DNA from: Nitrosopumilaceae archaeon
GTDB lineage: Archaea; Thermoproteota; Nitrososphaeria; Nitrososphaerales; Nitrosopumilaceae
Reading direction: 5' to 3'
Assembly (NCBI GenBank): GCA_965209085.1
Contig: OZ242376.1
Span: 352,001 to 416,000 of the forward strand
DNA length: 64,000 nt
Part shown: piece after piece, positions 60,329 to 64,000 of the stretch
Layout: every line of letters begins with the position of its first letter
Numbering within the stretch: position 1 is the first letter of the stretch
The notes under the pieces: model-generated
Told to the model about the DNA's origin: nothing
Databases searched by the model: none
What the model saw: the letters and a program-made list of their open reading frames with translations, nothing else
Made by a program: the position numbers and the translations under genes

Positions 60329-62572
60329 ATGAATCGTACGATGCAACTTATGGCATTATTCACAATATTGCCACTTTTGACTGTATCAATTTCAATGTCT
60401 GCAAATAACGCATACGGTGCAACCAACATCTGTGGCGTACAATTGTGTTCTGATTACCCTGGTGGCAAATCCAAGTTTGAGGAAGATAAAATGCTTGGTT
60501 ATGGATATTCTGTAAAATCTAATTCAGTTATTGATCCAACTATGATGATGAAAACCCATGATGAAAAATCCAAATATGCTATGAAAATTGCTGATTGCAT
60601 GGAAAATATGATGATGGATGAAATGATGATGAAGATGATGATGGACAGGATGATGACGGATGAAATGATGATGATGGACGAGATGATGATGGACGAGATG
60701 ATGATGGACGAGATGATGATGGACGAGATGATGATGGACGAGATGATGATGGACGAGATGATGATGGACGAGATGATGATGGACGAGATGATGATGGACG
60801 AGATGATGATGGACGAGATGATGATGGACGAGATGATGATGGACGAGATGATGATGGACGAGATGATGATGGACGAAATGATGATGGACGAAATGATGAT
60901 GGACGAAATGATGATGGACGAAATGATGATGGACGAAATGATGATGATGATGAAGAAAATGATGACGGACGAAATGATGACGGATGAAATGATGATGATG
61001 AAGAAAATGATGACGGACGAGATGATGACGGATGAAATGATGATGATGAAGAAAATGATGACGGACGAGATGATGACGGATGAAATGATGATGATGAAGA
61101 AAATGATGACGGATGAAATGATGATGATGATGAAGAAAATGATGACGGACAAGATGATGACGGACAAGATGATGACGGACGATATGATGACGGATGAAAT
61201 GATGATGATGATGAAGAAAATGATGACGGACGATATGATGACGGATGAAATGATGATGATGATGAAGAAAATGATGACGGACGATATGATGACGGATGAA
61301 ATGATGATGATGATGAAGAAAATGATGACGGACGATATGATGACGGATGAAATGATGATGATGATGAAGAAAATGATGACGGACGATATGATGACGGATG
61401 AAATGATGATGATGAAGAAGATGATGACGGATGAAATGATGATGATGATGAAGAAAATGATGACGGACGAAATGATGATGGACCACGAATTTGATTGTGA
61501 AACTTACAAAATGAAGTATGCTGATAAAATGCATAAAAAAGACAGTATGCATGGTGATAAAATGGAAGAAATGCGAGGTTCCAATGATGATGAAATGAAA
61601 GGCATGGATCACAAGAAAAAAGTTTATCTCTCTAGAGCAAATGTAGCCGCTGAAATTCCTCTACATGAAGGATATTACAATGGCGATAACGTTTACTATA
61701 TTATAACTGACGCAAGCGAACAGAGCCACGTAGATACTATCTCTACAAACCAAGATTGGAATGTTGCATATGCACCCTTACTGACCAACGCTCCAGAATC
61801 TGCACTTTCAAAAACATACATGTTCGTAAACGGTGTTGATGGGAATGGAGTACACGGATACCAATCTGAAGTATTTACCACTATTCCAGGTCAAGATAAC
61901 TATAGTCCTTTAAAATCTCATGTACACGTTGTTTGGAATGACGGTGTTTCTCCTACACTATTAACATCAGAAGATGATATCGAAACTGCTGCAGCACAAA
62001 ACAAAGTAACACTCATTCCACTAGATGTGGTAATCAACATGCCATTCATAATGTGGCCAAACGGACAATTACAGATCAATGAAAATACTATAACCGATCA
62101 TCTTGTATATGGTGGGGGTCAAATTACAGATATTGATCTTGACGACATGACCGTTACGTTCATTGCACATCGCGGATGGGGTCCTGATGGCAGCACAATA
62201 TACTATATCGTGACAGATGCCATACCATCTGGTCCTGCTGAAGCAATGGGAGTCCCACATACACCAGCTACAGCATCTTTGCTTGCAAACCCTGCCGCAG
62301 TCGATTTATACCAGTTCAAAAACGGGTTAACAGGTACAGGTCCACTAGGTTTCCAACCTGGAATTGGAGCTGCAGGTTTTGGAGATGATAATTATTCACC
62401 AATGTGGCGTATATTCCTTATTGAATGGAATGATGCTGATCATGCATCATTATTGATGACCAAAGGGGATATTGATGCTATGAATGAATCTGGAAAAATC
62501 ACCATTGAACTAGCAATGCCTATGGACTTGGCGCATATTGTAAACTGCCCGTTTATAGATCCATTCCAATAA
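60329..62572 (+). CDS. Secreted protein with a giant methionine-rich repeat tract and a duplicated globular C-terminal domain
   Basis: Signal peptide; ICGVQLCSDYPGG; MMMDE and MMTD(E/D)MMTDEMMMMKK repeats; two copies of YYI(I/V)TDA...YSP(L/M)...(N)xPF. Confidence 0.88.
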   Translation: MNRTMQLMALFTILPLLTVSISMSANNAYGATNICGVQLCSDYPGGKSKFEEDKMLGYGYSVKSNSVIDPTMMMKTHDEKSKYAMKIADCMENMMMDEMMMKMMMDRMMTDEMMMMDEMMMDEMMMDEMMMDEMMMDEMMMDEMMMDEMMMDEMMMDEMMMDEMMMDEMMMDEMMMDEMMMDEMMMDEMMMDEMMMDEMMMDEMMMMMKKMMTDEMMTDEMMMMKKMMTDEMMTDEMMMMKKMMTDEMMTDEMMMMKKMMTDEMMMMMKKMMTDKMMTDKMMTDDMMTDEMMMMMKKMMTDDMMTDEMMMMMKKMMTDDMMTDEMMMMMKKMMTDDMMTDEMMMMMKKMMTDDMMTDEMMMMKKMMTDEMMMMMKKMMTDEMMMDHEFDCETYKMKYADKMHKKDSMHGDKMEEMRGSNDDEMKGMDHKKKVYLSRANVAAEIPLHEGYYNGDNVYYIITDASEQSHVDTISTNQDWNVAYAPLLTNAPESALSKTYMFVNGVDGNGVHGYQSEVFTTIPGQDNYSPLKSHVHVVWNDGVSPTLLTSEDDIETAAAQNKVTLIPLDVVINMPFIMWPNGQLQINENTITDHLVYGGGQITDIDLDDMTVTFIAHRGWGPDGSTIYYIVTDAIPSGPAEAMGVPHTPATASLLANPAAVDLYQFKNGLTGTGPLGFQPGIGAAGFGDDNYSPMWRIFLIEWNDADHASLLMTKGDIDAMNESGKITIELAMPMDLAHIVNCPFIDPFQ
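60608..61480 (+). repeat. Coding tandem repeat: about 18 x 15-nt ATGATGATGGACGA(G/A), then 48-51-nt higher-order units
   Basis: Directly visible; all units are multiples of 3 and the frame stays open. Confidence 0.97.
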
Positions 62573-62603
62573 CCAACATATCATATTATTTATGACCGTC
62601 TAG

Positions 62604-63551
62604 ATGCGTATATTTATGATGCAGAATAAAACATTGTTTGTTGCAATTGCAGTCGTATCGTTACCAATAATATTCGCATTTGTGGCATATTCTGAAACGT
62701 TCAATCTAAGTTGGAATCAAGGTCGTGGGGGATTTTTATTTGCACTTGCATTCATAATAGCCGAGCTAATAGGACTACGGATCGGAATAGCCAAAAATCG
62801 TATTTTAATGGCAATTCCTTTGGCTTTGATTGTCATAACATACATGATCTTACTAGAAAATGGATTACGTGAACAAATTGAATCGTTAGCTAGCAATTTT
62901 GGAATTCAACTTTTACTTTCTTGGGTGTGGATGTGGGACTTTATAATCATGGCTGCGTTTACAACCGCAACATTGATCCTCTTTTTTGGCACCAAGTGGA
63001 TAAGAATAGCACCGGCAGGACCAATTTTTCTTTATGGAAGTGCAATAATATTGTCTTTAGATGCATTTTTCCCATATGATTCACTTGGCCCGTTGCAATA
63101 TTTTGTACCATATTTGGTAAATCTTAACGTTTGGCTTGTGAATTTGTTTGATCTTGGTGTAGCAAATGCATCCGGAAACATGATGTTTCTAAAGGGTGAT
63201 TTTGGTCCATTTGCATTGCAAGTATTCTGGCCTTCTGCAGGAGTACACAGCATAATTATCTACTCGCTTGTCATGATGGCATTTTTGCTTAAAATGCGTA
63301 TAATACCTAGACGAAAACTTGCTTGGTTTGCAATTGGGATCTTTGGAACAATAGTGGTTAATGTAATCCGGATCTTTTCACTCTCTTGGTATGCATTAAA
63401 AGTTACTACCGATACGGCACTTTGGGAAGAATTTCATTCCGTAGCTGGAGAAATCATGTTCCTACCGTGGCTATTCGCGTTTCTTATGATCGTCGCTGTG
63501 GTAGAAAATAAAAAATTAAAGCAACTAGACAAACAAAACGATCAAAAATAA
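62604..63551 (+). CDS. Thaumarchaeosortase (archaeosortase/exosortase family)
   Basis: Multi-TM; WNQGRGG, VFWPSAGVHS (Ser at the catalytic Cys position), VNVIRI, EEFHS. Confidence 0.88.
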   Translation: MRIFMMQNKTLFVAIAVVSLPIIFAFVAYSETFNLSWNQGRGGFLFALAFIIAELIGLRIGIAKNRILMAIPLALIVITYMILLENGLREQIESLASNFGIQLLLSWVWMWDFIIMAAFTTATLILFFGTKWIRIAPAGPIFLYGSAIILSLDAFFPYDSLGPLQYFVPYLVNLNVWLVNLFDLGVANASGNMMFLKGDFGPFALQVFWPSAGVHSIIIYSLVMMAFLLKMRIIPRRKLAWFAIGIFGTIVVNVIRIFSLSWYALKVTTDTALWEEFHSVAGEIMFLPWLFAFLMIVAVVENKKLKQLDKQNDQK

Positions 63552-64000
63552 TCGTCAATGCTTAATTGACCTGTAACATCTGACAATTCTGAAACCTTTA
63601 CTCCTAGTCTACGAATTGGCTTATTTTGAATTTCCAAGGCTTCATGCAAAAGTTGTTTGGCAATTTTTGAGAGATCCTGCAAAGATGCAGTGGGATGCAA
63701 TAACATTTTGGAATGGGATTTACCTGTCATGTCATTTTGCACAAATTGAACGCCTACTGATCTAAAAAGTTTGTTGTTTTTCATCACAATTTCATGAATC
63801 TGTCTGCACATTCTATACAAATTTAACAAAAGATATGTTTCATCAGAAGAATCTTTAGAAAGAGTGGATATTTTGCTATATTGAACACTTGGTTCTTTCT
63901 TAGTAACTGGCGATAAATCTTCACCTTTTGATGCATTGTAAATATACGTACCAACTTTTCGCCCAAATTCTCTTTGCAGTGCAAATATATCTGCATTACA
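63542..64000 (-). CDS. dinB: Y-family DNA polymerase IV, C-terminal little-finger domain (partial)
   Basis: EPSVQYSKISTL...FRSVGV...PIRRLGVKVSEL; C-terminal PIP box QLSIDDYF. Confidence 0.88.
   Translation of the reverse strand, partial: CNADIFALQREFGRKVGTYIYNASKGEDLSPVTKKEPSVQYSKISTLSKDSSDETYLLLNLYRMCRQIHEIVMKNNKLFRSVGVQFVQNDMTGKSHSKMLLHPTASLQDLSKIAKQLLHEALEIQNKPIRRLGVKVSELSDVTGQLSIDDYF

Noticed and set aside
60608-61480. Tandem repeat as a CRISPR array
   Set aside because: No unique spacers; units are codon multiples inside an ORF. No CRISPR array was seen anywhere in the window.
60499-61612. Antisense poly-His (362 aa) and Ile/Ser-rich (222 aa) ORFs
   Set aside because: Automatic reverse-complement readings of the ATG-rich repeat (CAT/ATC/TCA contain no stops); only the plus frame has a signal peptide and globular domains.
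63220-63252. Ser replacing the catalytic Cys of the sortase as a novelty or inactivation
   Set aside because: This substitution is a described family-wide trait of thaumarchaeosortases.

Overview
The window comes from an ammonia-oxidising archaeon (Nitrososphaerota/Thaumarchaeota, Nitrosopumilaceae-like). Markers are a type IB topoisomerase, the ADP-forming 3-hydroxypropionyl-CoA synthetase of the 3HP/4HB cycle, thaumarchaeosortase, L10e, proteasome alpha and archaeal tRNAs. It is mostly tightly packed core genes: haem synthesis (hemA, sirC, fused ahbAB, Cld/ChdC-like), purE, gdhA, tatA, an ABC exporter, and DNA repair genes (DUF1998 helicase, Nre, SNF2, DinB). There are four tRNAs, one with a non-canonical 30/31 BHB intron. 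Features not in the supplied ORF track: a box C/D sRNA, a 46-aa CxC-rich metallothionein-like ORF, a 49-aa Cys/His microprotein behind a coupled leader ORF, a 33-aa C4 zinc-finger ORF, a 705-bp decayed IS with intact TIRs and a 9-bp TSD, and a 729-bp AT-rich cassette bounded by a 21-bp direct repeat. Best candidates for undescribed biology: (i) a secreted protein with a ~290-residue, ~60% methionine repeat tract beside a Cys/His microprotein, a possible extracellular Cu(I) or oxidant buffering system; (ii) a CRISPR-free module of an Exo5/Cas4-like Fe-S nuclease, a membrane zinc finger and a divergent CARF-wHTH regulator. All family calls were made by eye from motifs; no database search was run.
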